The notes under the pieces: model-generated
The model's database searches: none
What the model saw: only the letters and a program-made list of their open reading frames with translations
What the model was told of the DNA's origin: nothing
In this document: positions 22,128-33,979 of the stretch, one piece after another
Numbering within the stretch: the stretch's first letter is position 1
Layout of the letters: each line of letters opens with the position of its first letter
Assembly: GCA_025558095.1 (NCBI GenBank)
Contig: JAIVFI010000028.1
Location: 248,001-312,000, forward strand
Direction: 5' to 3'
Origin: Hyaloraphidium curvatum SAG 235-1
Lineage: Eukaryota > Fungi > Monoblepharomycota
Length of the DNA: 64,000 nucleotides
Made by a program: the position numbers and the translations under genes

Positions 22128-23847
22128 GAAGCTCACCGGCGCTCCATCCCCCGTGGTCCTCCCGCATGGGGCTCCGCTCATCCGCCTTCGGCGTGAGCTC
22201 CACCGCTCGTCCATGCGTCCAGTACGTCCACAGGCAGGTGCACGCGTGCTCCGTGATCCTGCGCGTGCACATCGTCCCTGGCCTCGGCCGCCGTGTCCGC
22301 CCGACCGGACCCTCGTCCAGATGTCCACCTCCAGTTCGGGCAAGGCCCCCTCCGTCCTGGGCAAGTCCATCTGCGTCCATACAAGTACCGGATGGGCGAG
22401 GGCATCCATCACCAACACCCCAGTCCGCTTCCGTTGATCCCCGTCGAGTGCACGAGGAAAGAGTCCATCCGATCGTCCGCTCCGCGGTGTCCGAGCGTCC
22501 GCACGATCCCCAGCCCGAGGCAAGCATCGGTCAGCTCGCTCGTCCTTCGTCCATTGAGGGCCGCGATCTTCGCGGCCACGTCTGCGGCGGCGCACACGCC
22601 GCCGCGCGTCCGATCCAGGGCGGCAAAGTCCATCGTCCTGGTCTCCATGGTGATCCAGCCCAGCTCAGTCGTTGAACTTTGGCCTCGCAGTCCCGACGCC
22701 GCGCGCCGCGCGCCGCGGCTGCCTCGGCCTGCGCGAGTCAATCGTGCATGCCCATCCCCTCCACCACGTCCGGGGAACGAGTTCCCGTCCCTGCTCTCCG
22801 GCCTCGGGCGGCCGGGCAGGCGAACACGCAATCCATAGGCAAGGTCGTGCCCCGCCCGAAGTCCGATCTCCACGAGTCCCTCTTGGTGCCGCAGCACGGG
22901 CGTCCACGACGGCCGTGTGCGCGAGGGAGCTCCACGTGCACTCCCCCCCATCTCCCGAGACACACCGGCCGTGGTGGCCCGGTCGCTCCGGGGGAAATCC
23001 AGCTGTCAAGTCCCGAGAATGTCGAAAACGTACCAAGTCCGTCCCAATCTCCTCGGTCGCGTCCCGAACGGCATCCTCCTTCGTTCGAGATCCAAATCCA
23101 CGGTTGCGCCCTTCGACAAGTCCGTCTGTCGAACTTCGCGCCCCATCCGTCAGCAGATGCGGGCGCCCTGCGCCAAGTCCGTGCTCCGCTGCCGATCCGC
23201 GGCAGCCCAGGCGGCTCCGATGAGCGGCCTCGATGACGACCCCGCGTCATCCGCTGGAAACGAGTGAAGCTCCCGCCCAGCCCGCCCATCCGGCGTGTCA
23301 GACTCCCTGCACGCCCACGAACTGAACCGACAGTCCCCGACGGCTTCCCCGTCATAGTCCAGTTCCCATCGGCCACGAATGGCCACCGGCGGCGCGGTCC
23401 TGACTGGCAGGCCGCCCGCGTCCGACCGAGATCCCGGGGGGGTTTTCACCAGGTCGACGGCTTACGCCTTCTCCTGATTCTTGCGCCGCCAGGTGGCGCT
23501 GCCCTAAGTTGTCCAGTCCCGCGCCAACGACCGCTGTCGGCTCGTCCGGTCCAGAATGTCAAGGGCCTCCCGGTATCCAGTCCTCAACCCCAATGGGTCG
23601 ATGTCGCCGATGTGCGCCCATCGCAGCACCAAATCCCCGCCCTCGATGGGCGCACGCGGCGCGTCTGTCCGCCCGCCCTCCTCACGTCCTCCCCTCGTGC
23701 CGGTCCACGTCCCCCCTCGCGGCGCCCCCCCCGGTCCACGGGAAGCGCCCAACAAGGAGAGCTGGCACGAGCACCCGGAGCCTTGACGGCGCTCCCGCCG
23801 GAACCGAAGACAAAACCTCCGAGACGGCCAACGGCGCGAGCCCGATT

Positions 23848-23860
23848 GGGCATCATAACC
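23848..23860 (-). other. Primer binding site complementary to the tRNA-iMet anticodon arm
   Basis: GGTTATGATGCCC directly after the 5' LTR; this is the GGTTATGAGCCC half-tRNA PBS with one extra base. Confidence 0.75.
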
Positions 23861-24142
23861 TGTAGAAGATTGGCGCGCCGCGGGGCTGAGTCCCACGGGC
23901 AGCGACGCCGCTCAAGGTACGAGTGTGGGCTCGCGGGCCGCGCATCGGGGTTCCAGGAAAGGTCTTCGGTCATCGAACTCCGCTCCAATACACCGCGAAT
24001 ATGTATCCGTTGCGGCCCGAGCGCGGCCACGGTCCAACCTGGCCCGCGCTCGTGGCCCGTGCCCATGGTCCAAGCCCATGAAGCCACTATCCAACTCCGC
24101 ATCCGATGACGCCGCGTGGGCGAGGGCGTCCCATCTCCAACA
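23861..24142 (-). repeat. 5' LTR
   Basis: Second copy of the 282-bp TG...CA repeat. Confidence 0.95.
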
Positions 24143-24905
24143 TGATTGCTGTGCTCCCCTCCCGACGGTGCGTCGTCCGAAATCCCGCCGCGCTGTCCGT
24201 GTCACCTTCATCGATCCCTCATCCTCCGTCAGCTCCGCCGCGTCGACCCATCGGAGTGTGTTGAGCTCGTTGCCGCCCCCCGTGTGAACCGTGACGTTCT
24301 CTACGTTGTGCCAGGCCGTCAGCTCCCTCCAGAACCTGGTGCTGTCGTGCGGGTGGGGCCCGTCGAAAGGACGAATCGAACATTCTGCATCGAGCTCAGC
24401 AGCGGTCTCGTTTTGCGCCAGATGTCCGGAGCCGGATCGGGCATAATCGAACCTTGGGAGGCGCGGCGGGCCGGTGGAGAAGATGACGGTGTCGGGGTCG
24501 AACGCGGGCTTGTCGAGCATGGCCTCAAAGAGCTCTCTCCACAGCATAGTGCGAGGCGGACGGTAAGAACCGAAGTAAAGACCGCGACCCATGTGAAGGT
24601 AGACTACGATGAAGAAGAAGGAAGCTCCATTGGCGTGGAGATAACGAATTAGCCAACCGTAGTTGACATCACGCATGATGTGCTCTACACTAGCGAAAGC
24701 ATATAGAGTAGAAGGCGTATAATGCATGGCCAAAGTCACTCCAGTAATCACTTGAATCACAAGGATAACTCCCAGAAGAGAACCCGTGTTCCAAAGATAT
24801 CTTCCCCGTCGTTCCAGTGCCAGGCACGGATACTGGCGAGCGTCGTGTCGTCGACAAGATCGTGGCGTGCTCCGAATCCGTCTCCTTCTGCGCCTTTGGG
24901 GTCTG
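24143..24905 (-). pseudogene. Nuclear gene remnant interrupted by the NUMT and ending at the LTR element
   Basis: Coding-like sequence on both sides of the cob insert (...[12 protein letters not shown] / [16 protein letters not shown]...RGAQQ), with an acceptor-like cccttgcag upstream. Confidence 0.45.
24539..24799 (-). pseudogene. cob: NUMT: mitochondrial cytochrome b fragment (about 87 codons)
   Basis: [29 protein letters not shown]...[44 protein letters not shown]; visibly more AT-rich than its flanks. Confidence 0.95.
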
Positions 24906-24980
24906 CAAGGGAGGGACGGCAGTCACATTGTAGGTTAATTCGACAGCGAGATCGGGAGCGCCTACACCATTTGCATGCCG

Positions 24981-26630
24981 TCATAGCCTCGTGAAAAGCA
25001 ACGCGATGGCAGCCGCTACCAGCGCCCCCGCCCACCCAGCACGGAGGCTTGCAACCCCTGACGGTGCGCCCCTGTAATCTTCCATCCACGCAGCCGCAGT
25101 GTCGATCGCCTTGGCCCGGAGCTCCTTGTAGATTGGAGGCTCCGCTGTGTTGTTCCAATTGTAACTGTGCGTATCCGTGCAATGCGAGGCATTGGGGTAC
25201 ACGATCGTCGCCATCTTGACCCCCGGGATGGGCTGCTCGATCGATCCGCCCGACCAGTGGTCCATGTCCCCGTTGGTGAACACCACTGCGCCCGTTTTGG
25301 CAAGCATCTGGCGGAAGTCGAGCGCCGCAGGCAGCGGAGTGAGCGGGGGCAGCTGCGGCCCGAAGTAGCGCAGGCAGTCGGCGCGGATGTCCTCGGTCGT
25401 CAGCGTGTAGATTGGCAGGAGCACGGCCGAGGAACCGTTGCTGGAGAGCTCGCCTGAGTTGATGGCGCCCTGCGCGCACATCTGGTAGTTGTAGCTGGGC
25501 CACATGGGGTCCGCCTTGGCCGGTGGCAGCACCACGTCCCGGGGAACAAAGTTCAGACAGTCGGTCGGCGCGGAGCCATTCTGCAGCCTGTATGCGGCCT
25601 GCAGCGCCGCAGGGAAGTTGCCTGGTTTGGCGACTAGCGAGTCGTTGAGCGCCTTGCAGATGTTCATGATGTAACCGGGGTATGGCGTCTGGTCGTTGAG
25701 CTGGGCTGGAGTCACGAAGCCGTCGTAGAAGAAGCCAAGCAACGGCTGCACCGTCGCAGGGTCGTCGAGAACAGCATCGGCACCGCACAGGCCCAGATCG
25801 CGGGCCAATGCCTTCCTGGTTTCGGAATCCGCGTTGCGAGATGCAGCAATCGCATCCATTCCAGCGCGGATGGTGGCAGCGCAAGCCGCAGTACCCATGG
25901 TAGTGTATGCTCTCCTGAGAACGACGTGGAAATTGTTCTCGGTCTCTGCCAGAAGCTTGGTCCCGAGCACGTAGTCCACGGGGGCGCTGGCAGCAATGGC
26001 CGCCTGGAACGTCTCCGGGTACGTCAACCTGTGGTAGAGGGCGATCTGGCCTCCATAGCTGCCTCCAATGACCAATGAAGGCACCCTGTTGGGCACCGCA
26101 CGGGACCGGCGCATCGCCTCGACCACGGCCTTGGTGTCGGCCATGACCTGCTCCATGGTCAGATACTTGAACTGCGGCGTTTCCAACGCCCCCGTGGTAG
26201 AATTGACGGAGAACGGGAAACTCGTCCCATAGTATCTGTGCTCAACTTCAACGAGCAGAGCCCTCATCCGTTGAAGATTTTCGAACACGATGGGCTGCGT
26301 GATGCTGTTGAGGGGCGTCTCGTTGCCCAGGAAGACCAGCAGGTTGCCCTGCTTTGCGGCCGCGGCCGGGTCGCGGGGAAAGTAGGCGTCACAGACGTAC
26401 ACTCGCTGGGCAAACGTCCGCTCGTCGCGGGCGTTGAAGTGGTCGATGCGCTGCGTGAAGTTGAAGACGGTGCAGTTGGCGTCGAGGTACGGTTGCGGCA
26501 GCGCGGGGTCGCCGGGAAGGGGGAGCGGAGGCCTGTTAGGAGTGTCGAGCGCCGCCGCGCCGCCGGCGAGACACAGCAGGGCGGACAGGAGGAGCGCGAT
26601 GGCGCCGATTTGCGCGGTTGCGCGGCTCAT
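24981..26630 (-). CDS. Serine peptidase S28 (prolylcarboxypeptidase-like), secreted and probably GPI-anchored
   Basis: Signal peptide, QRIDHF, TFAQR, EHRYYG.S.P, GGSYGG, ASAPV, NGDMDHW, SHCTD, hydrophobic C-terminus. Intronless. Confidence 0.92.
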   Translation of the reverse strand: MSRATAQIGAIALLLSALLCLAGGAAALDTPNRPPLPLPGDPALPQPYLDANCTVFNFTQRIDHFNARDERTFAQRVYVCDAYFPRDPAAAAKQGNLLVFLGNETPLNSITQPIVFENLQRMRALLVEVEHRYYGTSFPFSVNSTTGALETPQFKYLTMEQVMADTKAVVEAMRRSRAVPNRVPSLVIGGSYGGQIALYHRLTYPETFQAAIAASAPVDYVLGTKLLAETENNFHVVLRRAYTTMGTAACAATIRAGMDAIAASRNADSETRKALARDLGLCGADAVLDDPATVQPLLGFFYDGFVTPAQLNDQTPYPGYIMNICKALNDSLVAKPGNFPAALQAAYRLQNGSAPTDCLNFVPRDVVLPPAKADPMWPSYNYQMCAQGAINSGELSSNGSSAVLLPIYTLTTEDIRADCLRYFGPQLPPLTPLPAALDFRQMLAKTGAVVFTNGDMDHWSGGSIEQPIPGVKMATIVYPNASHCTDTHSYNWNNTAEPPIYKELRAKAIDTAAAWMEDYRGAPSGVASLRAGWAGALVAAAIALLFTRL

Positions 26631-26791
26631 GGAGGTGCGGAATGGCAGATTCGGGGTGGTCTTTGTTGGAGTCACTTTGGAGTCACTCGCAGGTCAGGGA
26701 CGTTCAGGGACGCATGCAGGCGGCAAATCCAAAGACAACCTAGCTCGAGATCGCTTTCCTTCTTGACTATTCGGAACCGAGATGGCTAGCG

Positions 26792-27637
26792 CTACAAGCC
26801 GAGTCCCAAAGAGATCGCCTGTTCGTCGACCGTCCGGCGGACGTAGGCGTCGGCGTGGACACGCAGCGGCGCGATCCCGACGGCCAGGGCGCTCTTTCTG
26901 GAGGCATCGCGAGCCAACAGTCCGGGCACCAATCGGTCGGCCAGGCCCCAGGGGCGGACGTCGTCGCTCCCGTATTTGCCGATGTATCCGCCCTGGTCGA
27001 ACGACGCCTGCTCAAAGGTCCACGCGTTGCCCGCATCGGCGAGCAGGGGCGGCGTTGCTTCAAACACGGCCTCATCGGCGAGTTCGCCGTCGCCCGCAAG
27101 CAGCTCCGTTAGAAGTTCGCACGCCGCAGGCGCAACCGGCTCGTGGAGGGCCAGCGGCCAGGACAGAGCGTCGCGCGGGGCGACGTCGCGCGACGCCAGC
27201 AGGGCGGCCAGCGCCGCGAGCGTTTCCTGCCCACGGACGCCCCGCCACCGCACCAGCCTGATTCCCGTCAGCTTCGCCAAGGGGTCGGCCGATGCCAGCT
27301 GCGCGAGCACGGTCGCCTCCGGAGGCGCCTCGGGTGCGAGCGGTTTCCAGTCGACCAGCGCCGGCGCCGGCGGTGGGCGGAGGAGCATCTCGTCGAGCTC
27401 ATCGCGGCCGCTGTAGGCGTCGTCCTCCACCAGGCACGCCTCGCCGTACAGGTGGAACAGGCTGCGGAGGTCCGAGAGCGCGGTGGCCGGGCCGCGGAGC
27501 TCCTCGAAAGACGCGCGGGTCCGGCGACGCGCGTACTCGACGGCCATGTCGCGCGCAGGGAACGGCCCGACGCGGCGTGCCGGCGCATCGCCATCAGAAA
27601 GGTCCAGCACCAGAACGTGGCAAGTTCGGGTTGTCAT
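26792..27637 (-). CDS. Hypothetical protein, intronless
   Basis: 281-aa ORF with coding bias; motif GPF.....A.EYARRR.R.S.EELR. Confidence 0.6.
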   Translation of the reverse strand: MTTRTCHVLVLDLSDGDAPARRVGPFPARDMAVEYARRRTRASFEELRGPATALSDLRSLFHLYGEACLVEDDAYSGRDELDEMLLRPPPAPALVDWKPLAPEAPPEATVLAQLASADPLAKLTGIRLVRWRGVRGQETLAALAALLASRDVAPRDALSWPLALHEPVAPAACELLTELLAGDGELADEAVFEATPPLLADAGNAWTFEQASFDQGGYIGKYGSDDVRPWGLADRLVPGLLARDASRKSALAVGIAPLRVHADAYVRRTVDEQAISLGLGL

Positions 27638-27821
27638 TGCGGGCAGTCAGAGCGTCCTCCGAACGATCACCGGTGGCCGATCGGCAGGAACGCGTCCAGG
27701 AACTCTCGTTCGAGCGGATCCCCGCCCGCTCTCCGAGGCCGTTGGAAAGGGGAGCGTCAGCGCGTCGTTTTGAGACGATCACGCCGGAGACAACGTCTCA
27801 CAAAGCCCAGACCCGTCCGCC

Positions 27822-30491
27822 ATGTCGACCGTCAAGGATTCCGGTGCGCCTGTTGTAGCAGTCGGTGAGTTGCTGCTTGAGGCGCCGCGAGTCGGCGGAG
27901 CCGTGGTGGGAAGCGACGGGCGAGGTTCCGGTCCGGCCAGCCGTGGCTCCCTCCGTCGCGCTTGAACCGAGAGCCGGAAGGAACTCACCGTGCTGATTGT
28001 GGTCCCCTTCGCAGTCGGTACCGGTTTCGGCGGCCTTGCGGCGTCGGTGAACCTCATCGTCGGCCGGGGCATCACGAGCTGAGTCATTTTCGAGACCTCG
28101 AACGGCATAGGAGGCACGTGGAGGCACCAGTATGTCCCTTGTATCTTTTTCACCGACGCGGAGCTGATGGTGTCGCTCCTCCTTTGCAGGCGCTACCCCG
28201 GCGCAGGTCCGTCGTTCCCCTCCCCCCCCTTTGAGCACCCTAACCGCCCTTCCCCTGTTCTCCGCTTCCCGTGACAGCCTGCGATGTCCCGGCGCATTAT
28301 TGTGAGCCTCGTGGCGTGCGTTTTCCCGGAAGATGCCTCATTCCCGACCAGACAGCCTCAGCTTTGAGCTAAACCCGAGCTGGTCCTCCGAGTACCCTCC
28401 CCGCGTGGAGATGAAGGCCTACATGGAGCGCGTCTTTGAAAAGTACGGCCTGAGACCGTACACCCGCTTCAACACCGAGATCAAGAGCATCCGCTGGAAC
28501 GCTGACGAGGGCGTGTGGGACATGGAGGTTACCGAGTACGCGCCCCCCGAGAGCAGGGAGGACCTGGCCCACGTGGAAGGCGAGGGCAACTGGCGGCGGG
28601 AGTGGAACAGGGAGCCCGTGAGGGAGTACGTGTTCAAGGCCAACCTCGTGTTCAACGTGGGTGCGGGGCGGCCGGGCCGCGGACTGTTCCGCAAGCTGAG
28701 GCTTGTTGCTCCTCCCAGTCCTGCGGACCCTTCACCAAACCGTACATCCCTGATTACGAAGGCGTTGACTCGTTCAAGGGCAGGTACGTCCACTCGGTCG
28801 AGTGGGACGAGTCGATCGACTTCTCGGGCAAGAGCGTCGGCATCGTTGGTTCCGGGCCAACAGCAATCCGTGAGTGGAGTTCGTCACCAGAGCATTGCAT
28901 CAACTTGATCAGCTTTCGTGCCGAACGGTGTGCAGAGGTCGTCTCGCAGCTCGCGGAAAAGGTCGGCAAGCTCGACATCTACCAGCGGACCAAGAACTGG
29001 TGTGGCAGATCCGCGCTGTGGCTGTCCATCCGGAGCGCCTGACGCCCCGCGCGTCCGGCAGGATCTTCCCATACCGCAACGTGCCCTTCACAGAGGAGCA
29101 GAAGGAAATCTGGCGCAGCGATCCCGCGGCGCTGGTCGCCAAGCGGCAGTCGCTCGTGGACGCGGGGGCGCAGACGTGGTTCGCGATCGAGAACCCGGAC
29201 TCGCCGGGCGCGGAGGCGCTCAAGCAGATGATCATCGAGAGTGGGTGGTTGGGCCGCCGGTGGTGGCGACGAAGCTGAGCTCGTTCGGTGGTGGCGTTGG
29301 CAGACTACCACAAGATCGTGAAGAAACCCGGCGTGATCCCGCTCATCACCCCCGACTACCCCATCGGTGGGGCACCTCCGACGCCGCACCGTTTGCCCAC
29401 CTAACCCGCCGCCTCGCCCTTGCAGGCTGCAAGCGCATCCTGGTCGACTGCAACTACCTCGAGCAGCTGAACCGCGACCACGTCAACCTAGTCGTGGACC
29501 CCATCGCCCGCTTCACCCCCAACGGCATTGTGGCCAAGAACAGGGAGACCGGACAGGAGACCGAGCGAAGCTACGACATCATCATCTGGTGCACGGGCTG
29601 GGGCTCCATCGCGTTCGGGAGGGCGTACCCGATCTACGCCGCATCAGGGGAGGAGCTATGGGACTACTGGAAGCGCGTTGGGAACCCGAGGAGCTAGTGG
29701 GTCCTTCGCCGCGGGCCCCCGCGCACTCATCTCACTGTGCGCATGACCCAGCCTGGGGACCATGTGCCACGGCTACCCCAACCCCATCCTTGGCCCAGGC
29801 CCGCAGGGCAACGCCTTCACGAGCTACATCGAGGTGCTCGAACAGCGCGTGGATTTCATGCTGCGGGTCCTGGACGAGCTGCAGAGGCGCAACGCGCAGA
29901 GCCTGGAGCCCAAGGTCGAGGCCGAGGAGATGTGGGACCGGGTGCACAACGAGGCGAGCCGGGGGACGCCGTTCGCGGGCAACTGCGTGTCCTAGTGGGT
30001 GTTTCGTGCGCAGCTCGGCCGGTGTTTTGCTAATCCCCTTGACTTCGAAGCTAAAAGTTCACGTGGGATGCGTGGAACGAGGCCGGCGCAGACGGCGGCG
30101 GCCACATCGGCAAGCAGGCCGAGGGCTACGCACCCGGCACCTTCCTGAACCCCATCTTCTACCCGGGCCTGTATGGCGAGATGCGCGAGGATCTGGAGAC
30201 GGCGGACATGGACACTTTGGAGTACACGAAGAAGGTGGGCGGTTGTCACTGGCATCTCCGACCGATCGGGCTGCTCACGATCTTCATGCGCAGGAGGGCA
30301 CGTGGAAGTTCCCTCCCCGCCCCAAAAAGGACCTCTCGCACCACCGGCTCCGCCACGTGAAGCTGCGCGACCCCAAGGACTCGCCCATCGGCAAGCTGCG
30401 GCGCAGCAGTTTGCCGCCGCCCGGGCAAACGGCGTGGCTGCCAAAGGGTGAGCGGAAAGTGACCCGGCAGCCACTAATGGGCAAATTCTAG
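27822..30491 (+). CDS. Baeyer-Villiger / flavin-containing monooxygenase
   Basis: GTGFGGL, IGGTWR, YPGA.CDVP, FKGRYVHSVEWD (FxGxxxHxxxW fingerprint), VGSGPTAIQ, YQRT.NW, GCKRI, WCTGW. More than 10 introns. Confidence 0.9.
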
Positions 30492-30648
30492 AGCTTACAA
30501 CGTAGACTCGCATGTAGCATTTATTGAGAGGCAAACTGCGTTTATTGTGCGCCCTTTGACCGCCTCCAACGAGTCGTCGCGGACGAGCGCGGGGACCACG
30601 GTCCCCGTCCCCCCTGCTACGAATCAACAACCCCTACCGCCCTCCGCG

Positions 30649-32818
30649 ATGTCCGGCGCCAAGCGGCCTGCGGCGGGTGACCCGCGCCCGGGGGCCAAGG
30701 CCAAGAAGCCTGCGTCGCTGGACTACTGGCTGCAGCCCAAGGCGGCGCCCAAAGCCGACGACGAGGCGGTGCTGCGGACGCTGCGCGACACGTTCGGGTT
30801 CTCCGCGTTCCGCCCGGGGCAGCGCGAGGTCGTCGCGGCGGTGCTCGCCGGGCAGGATGTGCTCGCGGTGCTGCCGACCGGGCGGGGCAAGACGCTGTGT
30901 TTCGCATTGCCAGTGCTGCTCCGGCCGGGCCCTGCCCTCGTCGTCTCGCCCCTCCTCGCGCTCATGCAGAACCAGATCGAGTCGCTGCGCGCAAAGGGCG
31001 TCGACGCCGCCGCGCTGTCGTCGGCCACCGGCGCGAAGGAGCGCCGCCGCATCCTCGCCGACCTCGGCTCGGGCCGCCCCCGCACGAAGCTGCTCTACCT
31101 GACGCCAGAGACGCTGCTCTCGGACGGCTTCCGCCGCGACGTCGCGCCGCTGCTCGCCGCGCCGCTGGTCGTCGTCGACGAGGCGCACTGCGCGTCGGCG
31201 TGGGGCCACGACTTCCGCCCGCACTACGCCCGTCTGGCCGAAGTCAGGGCGTACTGGCCCGAGCGGAGGGTGCAGTTCGCCGCGCTCACGGCGACGGCCA
31301 CCCCGCGCGTGCGCGAGGACGTCGAGAGGATCCTGGGGATGGGCGGGGAGGGCGCCGCGGAGCTGGTGCGGTTCGTGGGGGGGTGCGAGCGGGCCGAGCT
31401 GCGCTACGAGGTGCGCTTCTTTTCCTACACCGACCAGAAGACCAGGGCCGAGGCCGACAGGCAGGCGGCTACGGAAGCGCAGGCTGCGGTCCAGGCCGCC
31501 CCCGCCGCGCCGTTCCGCATCTCGGGCTTCCAGCCGGCCTCGGTCACCGTGCAGACCACCCTCTCGACGATGCTGGCGACAAGCACGTCGAGCAAGCCCC
31601 AGTCTGGCGCATCGTCGGCCGCCGCGCCGACTACCCCCGCACCCTCGTTCGGCAACACCGCCTTTTCCTCGGCCTTTGTCAAGACCACCTTTGCCACGAC
31701 CGGCGGCTTCGTCAGCGCCTCCACCGTCCCCCGCTCCGGCTTCCCCGCCACCAAACCCGCCAAGCCCCTCCCGCCCCCCGACGACCCCCCGTCGGACGAC
31801 GAAGACGACATCCCCGACGAGGACGACGACGAGTCCGACCCCTTCGCCTCCCCCGGACTGGACCCCCTCGGCCCGCTGACCCCGTACCCCTCCGTTGTCT
31901 CCCTCCTCAAGCAGCACCTCCTCCCCTCGTCCCCTGCCACCGCCCCCTACCGCACCCACCCCGCGATCATCTACGTGCCCACCCGCCGCCACGCGACTGC
32001 CGTGGCGGGGAGGCTGCGGCAGGACGGGTTCGCGGCGAGGGAGTACCACGCCGGCCTGGGGAAGAAGGTGCGGAAGGAGCTGGTGGAGGGGTGGTCTGCC
32101 CCGACCGGCGGGGGGAAGGGGAAGGAGAACAAGGGGGAGGGGTGCGACGTGGTGGTGTGCACGGTGGCGTTCGGGATGGGGCTCGACAAGCCCGGTGGGT
32201 CGCACGCGGCGGGCCGTTGCGCGCGCAAAGCTGACCGCCGCATCGCATGCAGATGTGAGGCTGCTGATCCACTACGCGCTCCCGCAATCGCTCGAGGCCT
32301 ACATGCAGGAATCCGGGCGCGCCGGGCGGGACGGGCAGCCGGCGCGGTGCGTGCTGTTCTACTCGCGCGAGGACGCCGGGCGCGCGGGGTTCCTCGCGGG
32401 GAGGGTGGCGGCGAGGGCGTTGCCGGGGGAGACGGAGGGGGAGAGGGAGGCCAGGGGGGAGAGGGAGAGGAGGGCGAGGGAGGAGGCGTTCGAGAGGGTG
32501 GGTCGTCGGCACCGGGAGGGCGATCGCTCGGAGAGCTGATTGGTCGCATGGATTCGCCAGATGGTCGGGTACTGCGAGAACGCCGAGGCGTGCAGGCACG
32601 AGCTGCTGCGGGCCTACTTCTCCGGCGAGCCCGCGCGGCCCGCAGCCAGGTGCGCGTCGTGCGACGTGTGCGCCGAGGGGGCAGAAGCGGTGCGCAGGAG
32701 GATGGGGAAGCTGCAGCCGGCGGCGGGGGGGACGGTGTTTGCGGCGCGGCCGGGGGCCAGGGCGGGGGCAGAGGAGGGGATGGGAAGGGCGGAGGAGGGG
32801 GAGGAGATCGAGGACTAG
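30649..32818 (+). CDS. RecQ-family DNA helicase (RECQL5-like core)
   Basis: [66 protein letters not shown], Zn site CRH...CASCDVC. Two introns. Confidence 0.92.
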
Positions 32819-33332
32819 GTCTGATCTGCTCCGTTATCTTTCCGCCGGCATCGTGCCCCAAGAGCAATTCGATGCCACTGGCCATTGTGCCAACGCTACG
32901 TTCTCCGTTCCCGCAGGCCATCCTCGCTAGCGACTCAAAGCGGATCGTTGTCTTTCTCACGCACTTTCGGAGTCGAAAGCACGAACGAAGCTTCCTCTTT
33001 CAGACTACAAGAAGCCACGCGATGGTCCTCGGGCATGGTCAAATGATCCTGCAATGTCAGTCCTGAACAGGTCGTGCGCGCTGTTGACACGCCCAAGTGC
33101 GCCCAACTTTCGCCGGCCGGGTCGATGACCACCGCCCGCGAAAGCATCCGCGTGCGTGCATCCACAAGAGCAGCTGCAGCTCATTGTCACGGCACACCCG
33201 TTGTTGCCTGCGGCTCCATCCGCATTCGGTCAACGCCCTGACGCAACGGCGCCCGCCGCTCATCGTCAAGCACTTGAACCCCTTTGCGCGTCCGAACCCT
33301 GTATGTCCTCAAACTCTCCGCATTTCCCCACA

Positions 33333-33979
33333 ATGGCGAGCCCCACGCCCCCCCCCCCTCCCTCCCCTCTGACGCAGCACCGCAGGCCTCCCAAGAGCAT
33401 TCCGACGGGGCCGACCCCGCCCCCAAGAAACCGGACGAAATCCGGCGGGAGGCGCCGGCGGACGCGTTCGCGAAGTACGATCAGGTACCTCCCCCCCGCG
33501 CTCCTCCCCGCGCCCCCACCCCCCGTCTGATCCTCGGTTCGCCCCGTGGGGACCGGCGCTAGGACAGGAGCGGCTTCGTCAGCGTCAACGAGTTCCGCGC
33601 CGTCCTGTCCTCCGTGTTCGAGGAGGGGTTCATCCACGAGCTGGTAGAGAACTACTATATCAACCACGACGGCAAGATCTGTTGGGAGGAGTTCATGGCG
33701 GCGTGGGTCGACGGGCTGGGGCGGTACGGAAGCGGCGGGTGCTGCGCAGGCCACGGACCGAAGACCTCCGAGGTAGACATCGTATGGCTACGTCGGCAAG
33801 AGGGGTTTGCTGCCGGAGGTGGCCGGGTACCGCACAGATCGCGGGCGGGGGGGAGGCGTGGGACGGGTTCCCGTGCCGTTCCACAAACCCAACCCACCAT
33901 GCCTCTTCCCTTGGCCCTCCTTCCGCACCCGGGTGTTCCTCGCACCGCCCCGCTACCTACTCTTTCGGACACCGGCTGA
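33333..33979 (+). CDS. Small EF-hand protein
   Basis: AFAKYDQ|DRSGFVSVNEF and YINHDGKICWEEF (second loop degenerate). Both ends uncertain. Confidence 0.65.

Larger units (their letters stand above)
21833..24142 (-). mobile_element. Non-autonomous Copia-type LTR retroelement (2310 bp)
   Basis: Two 282-bp direct repeats bounded by TG...CA. PBS GGTTATGATGCCC abuts one LTR and the PPT GGGCGTGGGGGGG abuts the other. No recognisable RT or integrase ORF. Confidence 0.9.

Noticed and set aside
22128-23847. gag/pol ORFs inside the LTR element
   Set aside because: No CCHC knuckle, protease, integrase or YVDD motif found; only short low-information ORFs.
24539-24799. Functional nuclear-relocated cob
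   Set aside because: Only about 87 codons, no targeting sequence, and out of frame with the upstream sequence.
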